Of a DNA stretch of 26,955 nt, positions 8,333-16,725 are shown piece after piece (the first letter of the stretch is position 1; each line of letters opens with the position of its first letter). Made by a program: the position numbers and the translations under genes. Location: assembly GCA_038063835.1 (NCBI GenBank), contig JBBTUI010000065.1:1-26955 (forward strand), read 5' to 3'. Source of the DNA: Patescibacteria group bacterium (GTDB lineage Bacteria > Patescibacteriota > Patescibacteriia > UBA2591 > UBA4787). The notes under the pieces are model-generated. The model did not search any database and was not told where the DNA came from. It worked only from the letters and a program-made list of their open reading frames with translations.

Positions 8333-9592
8333 TTAATCTTCAACTCTTTTTATTTCTGCTCCCAAACTGTTCAGGCGTTCCTCAATTTTTTCGTAACCCC
8401 GGTCAACGACTTCCGCCTGATTAATAATTGTTTCTCCTTGAGCGATCAAACCCGCGATAATCAAAGTAGCGCCGGCGCGCAAATCAAAGCTCCTGATTTC
8501 CTGGCCATAAAGCGGAGTGGGCCCATTGATAATAACGCGGTGCGGATCAGCCACAATCGCATTAGCCCCCATCTTAATTAATTCTTGAATATAACCCATG
8601 CGTCCCTCAAAAAGCGGGTCTTGAATCAATGTTGTTCCCTGACATTGTGTAGCCAAAATGCCGAAAGGCGCTTGCAGATCGGTTGGAAATCCCGGATAAG
8701 GCAAAGTCTGCAATCTGAATGATTTTAAATTTGAGGATGGCAGAAATTCAACGGCCTTATGGCGAACCTCAAATTTAATGCCGATTTGATTTAGCTTTAA
8801 CAAAATTATGTCCAGGTGTTCCGGCTCAATGCCTTTGAGAATAACATGTCCGCGCGTTAAAGACGAAGCAACGGCAAAAGTGCCGGCTTCGATCTGATCC
8901 GGAATAATATAATGCTCGGTTCCTTTTAATTTTGACACTCCTTCAATAATTAAAGTATGCGTTCCGACGCCGGATATTTTAGCTCCCATTTTATTTAAAA
9001 ATAAACATAAATCTTGGACATGGGGCTCGGCGGCGGCCAATTTAATTATCGTTTTGCCCTGGGCTAAAACCGCGGCCATTATTGTGTTTTCAGTTGCGGT
9101 AACTGAAAATTCTGGTAAAATAATAAGGTTGCCGATTAGTTTGTCCACTTTTATTTTATAAACCGCGTCTTCTTTAATAATTTTAGCGCCCAATTTTTCT
9201 AAAGCGTAAAAATGCGTGTCTAATGGACGATTGCCGATAATGCACCCGCCTGGTTCCGAGATTTCTACTGAACCAAAACGGCCTAAAAGCGGTCCCATAA
9301 AAAGGACTGATGAGCGCATTTTTTTGACTAATTTCTGATCAAGATTTTTTAAATCAACTTCTTTATTGCATATCTTCACGCAACCTTCAGAAACCTTTTC
9401 AATTTTACTGCCCAAACTTTTTAGAATATCAATCATCGCGGAAACATCTGATATCTGAGGCAAATTATCAACCAAGCAGGGTTCTTCGGTAAGCAGGGTA
9501 GCCGCCAAAATTGGAGTCGCCGCATTTTTCATCCCCTTAATTACAACTTCGCCGTTTAATTTTTTACCGCCCTGAATAATAAATTTAGACAT
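8333..9592 (-). CDS. murA: UDP-N-acetylglucosamine 1-carboxyvinyltransferase
   Basis: GMKNAATP, MRSSVLFMGPLLGR, PGGCIIGNRP (catalytic Cys present), PYPGFPTDLQ, DLRAGA, RGYE. Confidence 0.97.
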   Translation of the reverse strand: MSKFIIQGGKKLNGEVVIKGMKNAATPILAATLLTEEPCLVDNLPQISDVSAMIDILKSLGSKIEKVSEGCVKICNKEVDLKNLDQKLVKKMRSSVLFMGPLLGRFGSVEISEPGGCIIGNRPLDTHFYALEKLGAKIIKEDAVYKIKVDKLIGNLIILPEFSVTATENTIMAAVLAQGKTIIKLAAAEPHVQDLCLFLNKMGAKISGVGTHTLIIEGVSKLKGTEHYIIPDQIEAGTFAVASSLTRGHVILKGIEPEHLDIILLKLNQIGIKFEVRHKAVEFLPSSNLKSFRLQTLPYPGFPTDLQAPFGILATQCQGTTLIQDPLFEGRMGYIQELIKMGANAIVADPHRVIINGPTPLYGQEIRSFDLRAGATLIIAGLIAQGETIINQAEVVDRGYEKIEERLNSLGAEIKRVED

Positions 9593-9596
9593 ACGG

Positions 9597-9705
9597 GTTA
9601 GAATTATGAATTATGAATTTAGAATTACGAATTGAGAAGCAAAAATTGGTAATTGAAAATTGATTGAAAATTGAAAATTGGTAATTGAAAATTAAAAATT
9701 GACTT
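9597..9705. repeat. 7-nt-period tandem arrays (GAATTAT-type, then AAAATTG-type)
   Basis: gaattat gaattat gaattta gaattac gaattga, then aaaattg gtaattg aaaattg ... aaaattg aaaattg gtaattg aaaatta aaaattg, between the divergent murA and PEGA genes. Confidence 0.85.
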
Positions 9706-9729
9706 TTGAATTTTAATTTTTTATCTATC

Positions 9730-11184
9730 ATGCCGGAAAAACTAAGAAAATTAATTATCGGATCAGGGGTATTGGCTTTCCTTATTTTAACTCCTTTAAT
9801 TATTTTGTATAGCTACGGCTATCGCTATAGCCCCATTAGCCGGCGCTTTACGCAAACCGGCAATCTTCATCTAAATTCCGCGCCACCAGGAGCCGACGTG
9901 ATTATTAATGGCCGAACCATCAATGATCATTGGTATCAACGATTGTTATTTTATAAAAAAGCGCTGGGTTTAACAAAAATAGAAAGTAGTACGCCCACCT
10001 TGATCAGCCATCTCATCCCTAATATTTATAATGTCTCTGTAAATAAGTCTGGCTATCAAAATTGGCAGAAAAAATTAGAGGTCAAGGCCGGCCAAACGAC
10101 TTTCAGCAAAAAAATAAACCTCTTTTTGGAGCAGTCAATTTTAGAAAAAACAGAAATTCCCAACAATACAGCGTCGGAATTTAACCATCGCCAGACTAAA
10201 ATTATCGTCTCAGAAAAAACATATAAAGAAATTTATTTGATTGATGGTTTAAATTTAAAATCATCTGTTCGTCCACTAATGAAAAATAATTTAGCTGGCG
10301 AAGTCAAAAATAATTTGAGCGAAGATGGCGCCAAAATTTCAATAGTTGATCAATTCGGCAATATTATGATTGTTAACTTGGATAATCCGAATAAAGACTT
10401 TATTAAAATTCCGAACATATCCTTTGTTCGCCGAAACCGCTGGACCAACAACGGATTAAATTTGTATTTTGACAATAAAAAAATCGTTTACGATTATGAC
10501 CTTAACCAGCGATCTTTAAAAATCCTTTTTAATCCCCAATGGATCGGTTTCAAAAACTCGGAAATAAATGATTGGCTGATTGATAATAATTTTATTTATT
10601 TGATCGCCAAAAACCAAAAAGGCGTTAATTTCTACCAAATCAAAAAAGAGAGCGGATGGACGAACTACAAGACGGACGATATTATTAAAAAAATAAATCT
10701 GCCTGACGGCAAATATCAATTAGAAAATATTTTTTTAACTGACGGATTTATTTCCATTAAAGATAAGCTGGATAATTATTATTTTATCAATATAGAGATC
10801 GGCCAAACGCAAGAATTAACGAATAAATACTTTTGCCGAAAAATAATCAAATATAACGAAACTGCTATTTGTTTTAATGACTGGGAAATTATTGCCCTGG
10901 CTGTTGAGAAAGAGAATGATCAAAAAATTATAAAAAATGAAATAGTTTTACGCGAAAGCAATTTGATCAAAGACGTGGCTTGGTATGATAATGACTATAT
11001 TATTTACGCTAATTCCGACCGACTTATCGCCTTAGAGCTTGATAACCGCGACTATTATTATCGAACCGAGATTATAAAAGGCGTTTCCATCGAAGAAATA
11101 TTGGGAGTAGACCAAAATAAAAATTTATACTTCATGGAACGGCAAAATAACAAAAATTACTTAGTTAAAATTAAAATACAATAA
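9730..11184 (+). CDS. Membrane-anchored PEGA-domain protein with a probable beta-rich/propeller C-terminus
   Basis: N-terminal TM helix followed by YSYGYRY. PEGA-like GNLHLNSAPPGADVIING and YNVSVNKSGYQNWQKKLEVKAGQT. The ATG at 9730 was preferred over the TTG at 9706. Confidence 0.75.
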   Translation: MPEKLRKLIIGSGVLAFLILTPLIILYSYGYRYSPISRRFTQTGNLHLNSAPPGADVIINGRTINDHWYQRLLFYKKALGLTKIESSTPTLISHLIPNIYNVSVNKSGYQNWQKKLEVKAGQTTFSKKINLFLEQSILEKTEIPNNTASEFNHRQTKIIVSEKTYKEIYLIDGLNLKSSVRPLMKNNLAGEVKNNLSEDGAKISIVDQFGNIMIVNLDNPNKDFIKIPNISFVRRNRWTNNGLNLYFDNKKIVYDYDLNQRSLKILFNPQWIGFKNSEINDWLIDNNFIYLIAKNQKGVNFYQIKKESGWTNYKTDDIIKKINLPDGKYQLENIFLTDGFISIKDKLDNYYFINIEIGQTQELTNKYFCRKIIKYNETAICFNDWEIIALAVEKENDQKIIKNEIVLRESNLIKDVAWYDNDYIIYANSDRLIALELDNRDYYYRTEIIKGVSIEEILGVDQNKNLYFMERQNNKNYLVKIKIQ

Positions 11185-11297
11185 CCCCATTAGAGATTCA
11201 ACCGATGCTATCTTTTATAAAGAATATCTCGAGCGATAGCGCCTTACGGCTCACATCAGACTATCACCCCCGTTCAATTTTAAATCTCTAACGGGGT
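11184..11297. mobile_element. MITE-like element, family 1, copy a (114 bp)
   Basis: TIRs accccattagagatt / aatctctaacggggt (15 bp, 1 mismatch). The interior is homologous to 13188-13310. It begins on the last base of the PEGA stop codon. Confidence 0.7.
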
Positions 11298-11343
11298 GAA
11301 CCTCGCCAAATATATTCATTAAATAAAAAATAAAGATACTTTT

Positions 11344-11598
11344 ATGGAACTTGTCGGTTATATCGCCGGCTTTTTTAGCGCCGTTAGCTTGTTGCCGCAG
11401 ATTAGAAAGACCCTAATCACCAGAAACGTCAAAGGTCTTTCTTTGGGTATGATTTTGGCGTACCTAATGGCTGTTATTTTCTGGTCTTGGTATGGAATTT
11501 TGAAATCAAGCCCGCCGATTATTCTAACTCAAATATTGTTCGGCGCTTCAACTATTTTCCTTTTAATTTTAAGGCTAAAATATAAACGCAACGACTAA
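11344..11598 (+). CDS. SemiSWEET/PQ-loop family small transporter
   Basis: 84 aa with three hydrophobic helices and LLPQIRKT...VKGLSLGM...W..YG. Confidence 0.85.
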   Translation: MELVGYIAGFFSAVSLLPQIRKTLITRNVKGLSLGMILAYLMAVIFWSWYGILKSSPPIILTQILFGASTIFLLILRLKYKRND

Positions 11599-11624
11599 AT
11601 CTCTGCTGTTTTTCAGGACTATTT

Positions 11625-11656
11625 CAGGTCTGATCTGGTCAAACAGGTCAGGCCTG
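11625..11656 (+). terminator. Hairpin downstream of SemiSWEET, possible terminator
   Basis: caggtctgatctg / caggtcaggcctg forms a 13-bp stem with two G-U pairs on the plus strand and a 6-nt loop. The U-tract is weak. Confidence 0.4.
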
Positions 11657-11690
11657 TTCCATCTTGTTTATAATACCCCTTTTTTTGCTC

Positions 11691-11719
11691 TTGACAAAAA
11701 ACGATTTTTGTGCTTTAAT
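11691..11719 (+). promoter_or_regulatory. Sigma70-type promoter
   Basis: TTGACA, 17-nt spacer ending TGC, then TTTAAT. Confidence 0.7.
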
Positions 11720-11781
11720 AAATATAATTGAAACATAGGATCTTTAATGGATCTTTAACAAAAAACAAAAGGAGATCAACC

Positions 11782-12408
11782 ATGAAACGGACTCTGATTT
11801 CCCTGTTCGTGGCGATCGCGATTTCCGCCATACTGGCCAGCCCGGTTTTGGCTGAAAGGGCGCAACTCAACTACGGTCTGACTTTGCCCGAATCAACGCC
11901 CAACGAGAACCTCATGAAAGCCGCGGCAGTACGCGACGCCTACCTGACCAGCCAGGTGCCGGCCATTGACAAAGCGCTGAAGGAGATAACCGCGGACAAC
12001 GTGATCAGCACCCAGGACTGGAACAAAATCATACCCTTGATTGACAAATTCCAAAGCGATCGGAAAGAAGCCATTAAGATTTACGGCAACAGTCTGATCA
12101 CCGCGGAACTCAACCCCAACCTGGTCAAACTGAACAAGCTTTACTGCAAGCCCATCTTAAACGGCCGAGATCCCAAAGGCGAAATCAAGGCTTTATTGGC
12201 CATTATGACCGGCCAGGACATCAAACAAGTGGATCAGGGAAAAGACCCTATTAATATTTTGATGGCCTTACTAATAATAGTGGCAATATTCGTGGATTTT
12301 ATCGGAATTGGCCTCCTGCTCGGTGGAAATGACAGAAAATTCCGCATCGCTGGCCTCGTGCTGCTGGTAATAGGCGGCCTCGTGCTGTCGATCATCCTAA
12401 CAGTCTAA
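11782..12408 (+). CDS. Hypothetical exported protein with signal peptide and two C-terminal TM helices
   Basis: The true start is probably ATG 11782 (aaAAGGAGatcaaccATG). Signal peptide MKRTLISLFVAIAISAILASPVLA. Two hydrophobic C-terminal segments. GC-richer than its neighbours. Confidence 0.75.
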   Translation: MKRTLISLFVAIAISAILASPVLAERAQLNYGLTLPESTPNENLMKAAAVRDAYLTSQVPAIDKALKEITADNVISTQDWNKIIPLIDKFQSDRKEAIKIYGNSLITAELNPNLVKLNKLYCKPILNGRDPKGEIKALLAIMTGQDIKQVDQGKDPINILMALLIIVAIFVDFIGIGLLLGGNDRKFRIAGLVLLVIGGLVLSIILTV

Positions 12409-12422
12409 GCCATAAGCCAATC

Positions 12423-12457
12423 AACCCTGCTCGAAAAAAGAGCAGGGTTTTCTTTTT
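12423..12457 (+). terminator. Intrinsic terminator
   Basis: aaccctgctc / gagcagggtt 10-bp stem followed by ttcttttt. Confidence 0.85.
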
Positions 12458-12483
12458 GAATTTTAATTTCTTAACTCGTAATT

Positions 12484-12560
12484 CATGCTCCACGCTCCAT
12501 GCTCCACGCTCCAAGTTTCAAGTTTTGACTTCTACTTTCTATTTTCTAACCTCTACTACT
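12484..12560. repeat. 7-nt-period repeat mosaic
   Basis: catgctc cacgctc catgctc cacgctc caagtttcaag ... ttctact ttctatt ttctaac ctctact. Shares modules with 20038-20077. Confidence 0.75.
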
Positions 12561-12567
12561 TAGGAAA

Positions 12568-12705
12568 CCGGGCAGTGAAAATTCGATAGTGTTCTTTGTT
12601 TCGCTTCGCTAATTAATCTTTTAATATACCAAATAACTAACTTTTATTTTCAGTGCATCGCCCACATAATCACACCCTAAGAAGCATCGAATTTCTACTG
12701 CCCGG
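12568..12705. mobile_element. MITE-like element, family 2, copy A (138 bp)
   Basis: TIRs ccgggcagtgaaaattcgat / atcgaatttctactgcccgg (18/20 match). Homologous to the reverse complement of 25967-26117. Confidence 0.72.
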
Positions 12706-13165
12706 CGAACACCCAAAATTTATTGGAAATAAATCTGACAAATAAAATAATGATAGCGCAAAAAACCTTGGCCAATAAGTCATAGAAGTGGGCGTGGACA
12801 AGTAAAACAAAAAACCACTGATAAATCAGGGTGGTGACAATAACCATTATCCAGAATTTGATATATTGCCAAAATATTTTTTTGTCTTGGTTTTTAAAAA
12901 CTATTTTTTTGCTCCAAAGAAAAAAAATAGTGGCGCTTATAATCAAAGCGATAATATTAGCCCACTCGTAATACGCTTGCCAGAAATTAAAAAAGCGGGT
13001 CAAAAAAAAATAAACCGCAAAATCAAAAAGCGTGCAAATACTGCCCGCGATAAAATAATGTATCATCTGCCTGCCCAATTCCGTATGATAGAAATTTTTT
13101 ATTCTGTGTAGTGGTAAAAATTTAAAAATAGAATTTGGGGTTATAAATTTAGAATCTATAATCAA
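12695..13165 (-). CDS. GtrA family protein (putative lipid-linked sugar translocation)
   Basis: QMIHYFIAGSICTLFDFAVYFFL...F.WSKKIVFK...QYIKF...AKV...RFISNKFWVF; four TM helices. The start is uncertain. Confidence 0.8.
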   Translation of the reverse strand: MIIDSKFITPNSIFKFLPLHRIKNFYHTELGRQMIHYFIAGSICTLFDFAVYFFLTRFFNFWQAYYEWANIIALIISATIFFLWSKKIVFKNQDKKIFWQYIKFWIMVIVTTLIYQWFFVLLVHAHFYDLLAKVFCAIIILFVRFISNKFWVFAGQ

Positions 13166-13187
13166 CTAATTTGCCAATCTATTATTC

Positions 13188-13310
13188 ACCCCGTTAGAGA
13201 TTCAGCCAAAGTAATCTTTTTTAGATCCGCCAACTGGCGGACTCGAGCGAAACCGCCTCACGGCTTTTGATGGTCTATAAAACATGATCAATTTTAAATC
13301 TCTAACGGGG
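13188..13310. mobile_element. MITE-like element, family 1, copy b, containing a REP-like palindrome
   Basis: Perfect 14-bp TIR ccccgttagagatt / aatctctaacgggg. It shares atctttt, ctcgagcga, acggct and tcaattttaaatctctaacgggg with 11184-11297. Confidence 0.72.
13226..13241. repeat. REP-like palindrome TCCGCCAACTGGCGGA
   Basis: Read directly; nested within the family 1 element. Confidence 0.85.
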
Positions 13311-13437
13311 CGGGTTTACGAATTTTTATTTGTATATTTGGACAGATTTGTAAATTTGTTGATAAGTTTACTTTTTAACTTATACTTTTGACTTTGAGTT
13401 ATCCTTCGCTTGGCTCAGGATGGTGAGCGAACAGGGA

Positions 13438-15687
13438 TTATTCTTTGATTTTAATCGTGGACACATAAACTCCGCCTAAGAAATTTTTAGAATAAGCGAA
13501 AAATTGGGATTTAACATCGCCATAATAATCAAAGATACGGATATGCGGCCCGCCGCCGAAACCAGGACCGGCAATAACTTCGGCTAGGCCGTCATCGTTT
13601 AAGTCGCCGGCGGCGATATTTACGCCTTTATTAAAATTGCGATCGTAAGCTAAATACTGAACTCTTAAATCGCCGAACTGATTAAAAACCCTGACGAAAG
13701 GACTGGCTTTAGAGGCGATGGCCGTGACAATTTCCGCTTGGCCGTCGTTATTAAGATCGCCGACCGCGAGATTAACTCCACCGCGGAAAGTTTTAAGAAA
13801 CGCGAAAAAACTATATTTAGCCCAGCCCTCCGGGGTGAAAATCCTCACATGAGGACCGCCGCCGGCTTGCGGCGCGGTAACAATTTCTTTAACGCCGTCT
13901 TTATCAACATCGCCAACCGCCACATTAAATCCGCCCAAGAAATTTTTAGAATAAGCTAAAAATTTTAATTCTAACTCGCCGCCAAAATTATAAACATAAA
14001 CATACGGAGCGCTTCCCGAACCGGCCGCCACTAAAATTTCCGCCTTGCCATCTTCGTCAATATCGGCGACCGCTAAATTCCCGCCTTTAAATTTGTCGTC
14101 TTTATTAACGACAATGAATTGATTTTTTAGCTGGCCCTGATAATTAAAAATTTTTAATAAATGGTGGTTTCCCGAAGCCGGCAGAGTGATAATTTCATCT
14201 TCGCCGTCGCCGTCAACATCTCCGGTGGCAACTTTCACTCCTCCTTTGAATTTATTGTCATAAGCCATAAAGCCAGATAGTTCAATGCCATTGGATTTTA
14301 AAATTCTTACATGCGGACCGCCGCCCGGTCCGGCGGCTGTCACTATATAACGCGGCTGAGGCAGATTAAGAAGCTGGCCGTAAACATAATTAACCGCGCG
14401 ATAAACATTCAGCCGGCCGGCGCCTAGTTTGCCGGCATAATCAATATTTAATAAATCAATATTATCGGCTTGAGCCATCAAAATATTTCTAATCTGGACG
14501 TTGCTGATTAACGGGTTAACTGCTTTTAAAAGCGCGGCGGCGCCGGAAACCAAGGGCGTAGCCACAGAAGTGCCAGACCAGTATCCGCCATAATATTCTT
14601 TAAAATCGTCGCCTATGGCCTGGTTATAAACCATTAAGCCATACACTCGACTGCCGGGCGCGGAAATATCAATACAACGCGAACCATAATTGGAAAAACC
14701 GCCTTTTTGATCATTCTGATCAGTCGCGGCTACGCCGATGATATAATTTTCGCTATCATCCGCGTCCAAACAAATAGGATAAGCCGGAACTTGATCTAGA
14801 TCTTCTGTTTGACCAGTCGCTTCATTGCCTGCCGCGGCCACGATAACCAAGCCGGCCTGCCAAGCCCTTTTCAATGCTTGGACCAAAAAATCACTTTTAT
14901 TAGAACCGACAAAACTTAAATTAATAATATTAGCGCGCTGGCTAACCGCGTAATTGACCGCGCGAATTACTGAATCAACCGAACCATTGCCCTCGCTGTC
15001 TAAAACTTTTAAGGCCATAATCTTTGATTTCCAAGCTACGCCCGCGACGCCTTGATTGTTGTCGCCTACGGCCGCGACTAAACCAGCCACAATTGTGCCA
15101 TGATGAATAGCTGCGGCATTATAAGGTTCGTCAAATTTCGGCCGCGGATTGGGATCATCGCGCGCGAAATCCCAGCCATAATAATCATCAATATATCCGT
15201 TGCGATCATTGTCTATGCCGTCGCCGGGAATTTCCTTTTCATTGGTCCAAATATTGGCCCGCAGATCAGGATGATTAATATCAACGCCCGCGTCCAAAAT
15301 AGCAATAATTACATCATTCGCTCCACCCTTAGTAATATCCCAAGCTTGCGGCGCCCTAATTTTGCTTAAATTCCACTGCTCTCCGAACAATGGATCCGAA
15401 GGCAGATAACTTATCTTGAATAAATAGTTCGGTTCAACCTTCGCAATACTGGTATTGTTCAAAATAATTTCCCTTAATTCTTTTAGGTCTGGGTTGTCGG
15501 GATATTTAATTTTGTAAATTTTATTGCTGTCTTTGAGTTGAACGAGGAGCTCGCCGGGAATATAATTGTCATCGGATGGCGAATTAGCAATATTATTTGA
15601 TTGCGCCAATAAAAAACCATGAAAACCGGCAGATACCAGCATCAAACTAAAGAAAAAAATAAGAAATTTTTTAATCCCAAAATTCAT
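13438..15687 (-). CDS. Secreted S8 (subtilisin-like) serine protease with C-terminal FG-GAP repeats
   Basis: Signal peptide. Catalytic triad LDAGVD / HHGTIVAG / GTSVATP and oxyanion AAGNE. Repeats such as GGGPHVRI and VATGDVDGDGEDEIIT. Confidence 0.92.
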   Translation of the reverse strand: MNFGIKKFLIFFFSLMLVSAGFHGFLLAQSNNIANSPSDDNYIPGELLVQLKDSNKIYKIKYPDNPDLKELREIILNNTSIAKVEPNYLFKISYLPSDPLFGEQWNLSKIRAPQAWDITKGGANDVIIAILDAGVDINHPDLRANIWTNEKEIPGDGIDNDRNGYIDDYYGWDFARDDPNPRPKFDEPYNAAAIHHGTIVAGLVAAVGDNNQGVAGVAWKSKIMALKVLDSEGNGSVDSVIRAVNYAVSQRANIINLSFVGSNKSDFLVQALKRAWQAGLVIVAAAGNEATGQTEDLDQVPAYPICLDADDSENYIIGVAATDQNDQKGGFSNYGSRCIDISAPGSRVYGLMVYNQAIGDDFKEYYGGYWSGTSVATPLVSGAAALLKAVNPLISNVQIRNILMAQADNIDLLNIDYAGKLGAGRLNVYRAVNYVYGQLLNLPQPRYIVTAAGPGGGPHVRILKSNGIELSGFMAYDNKFKGGVKVATGDVDGDGEDEIITLPASGNHHLLKIFNYQGQLKNQFIVVNKDDKFKGGNLAVADIDEDGKAEILVAAGSGSAPYVYVYNFGGELELKFLAYSKNFLGGFNVAVGDVDKDGVKEIVTAPQAGGGPHVRIFTPEGWAKYSFFAFLKTFRGGVNLAVGDLNNDGQAEIVTAIASKASPFVRVFNQFGDLRVQYLAYDRNFNKGVNIAAGDLNDDGLAEVIAGPGFGGGPHIRIFDYYGDVKSQFFAYSKNFLGGVYVSTIKIKE

Positions 15688-16725
15688 TTAATTTAAATAT
15701 TTTTGCTTAGCCGCGTCGTGTTCTTCTTTCGTTTTGCTATAAATAATCTGGCCGTCATCAGTTGAAAGAAAATACCAATAATCATTTTTTGACGGCTGCA
15801 GAACAGACTTGATTGAAGAAAGGCCGGGGTTTCCAATCGGGCCAGGCGGCAAACCGCGATATTTATAAGTATTATAAGGTAATTCAATTCTTGTGTCTTC
15901 AATACTTAGACGCGTTTTCTTTTTGGGTAAAATATAATTTATGGTAGCGCAAGATTGAAGTGGCATACCGATTTTTAAACGCCTTAAAAATATATCGGCC
16001 ACTAAACGCCGATCAATTTCGTTGGCCGCCTCTTTTTCAATAATAGAAGCCAAGATTAAGACCTCGAAAATACTTTTATATTGACGAGCGATTTCTTCTT
16101 TTATACCCGAATCAAGCTTAACATCGAAATTGTCCAACATTTTCTTAATAACCGTTTCCGGTTTAGCGTCGCGATAAATTCTATAAGTATCAGGGAAAAG
16201 ATATCCTTCCAAAGAATAATTATTGGGCTTATCAGCCAAAAAATCATAATCCAAAATCCCAGAAGATCCCAAATAATAACAAGCGTCTAAAAATTCCTGT
16301 CGAGAGAATAATCCTGATTTTTCCAAATAAGCGCCAATCTCTCCTTGCGTCCACCCTTCGCGGATAATAATTAATTGCTCATTGACCATCTTCGCGGTCA
16401 AAAAATTAATGACTTCTTTCCAGCTCATAGCCGGATTAAGATAATACCGACCAGGCTGAAAAAGATTAATGCGATTCCTTAAATAGGCATAGACCTTAAA
16501 GCCAATCTCGCTTTCAATCACGCCTTGGCTTTTAAGTTGGCGAATAATTTCGCTGGCTGGCTCGTTCCGCGCGATATTAATTTGTTTTAATTCAAGATTT
16601 TGATTTAAAAGAACATAAGCCTGCCATCTATAATACAGAATGACCAGCAAAAAAACAAGAAAAATATATAAAATAAAAAGATATTTTTTAAACATTTTGG
16701 AATTAAAATACTTCTCCTTTTTCAA
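15688..16725 (-). CDS. mltG: Endolytic transglycosylase MltG (YceG family)
   Basis: N-terminal TM helix, LEGYLFPDTY, ASIIEKEA (catalytic Glu), YNTYKYRGLPPGPIGNPG, YWYF. The start may be ATG 16695. Confidence 0.95.
   Translation of the reverse strand: MKKEKYFNSKMFKKYLFILYIFLVFLLVILYYRWQAYVLLNQNLELKQINIARNEPASEIIRQLKSQGVIESEIGFKVYAYLRNRINLFQPGRYYLNPAMSWKEVINFLTAKMVNEQLIIIREGWTQGEIGAYLEKSGLFSRQEFLDACYYLGSSGILDYDFLADKPNNYSLEGYLFPDTYRIYRDAKPETVIKKMLDNFDVKLDSGIKEEIARQYKSIFEVLILASIIEKEAANEIDRRLVADIFLRRLKIGMPLQSCATINYILPKKKTRLSIEDTRIELPYNTYKYRGLPPGPIGNPGLSSIKSVLQPSKNDYWYFLSTDDGQIIYSKTKEEHDAAKQKYLN

Noticed and set aside
4607-8581. Short plus-strand ORFs antisense to GT4, secD and murA
   Set aside because: They lie antisense to confidently identified genes and have no independent support.
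11728-11781. Upstream TTG start given in the ORF track for the orphan gene
   Set aside because: The ATG at 11782 has an AAGGAG RBS and begins a clean signal peptide.
13359-13386. Plus-strand TTGATA-16-TATACT promoter-like motif pointing antisense into the S8 gene
   Set aside because: Such matches are expected by chance in AT-rich DNA, and there is no downstream sense gene.
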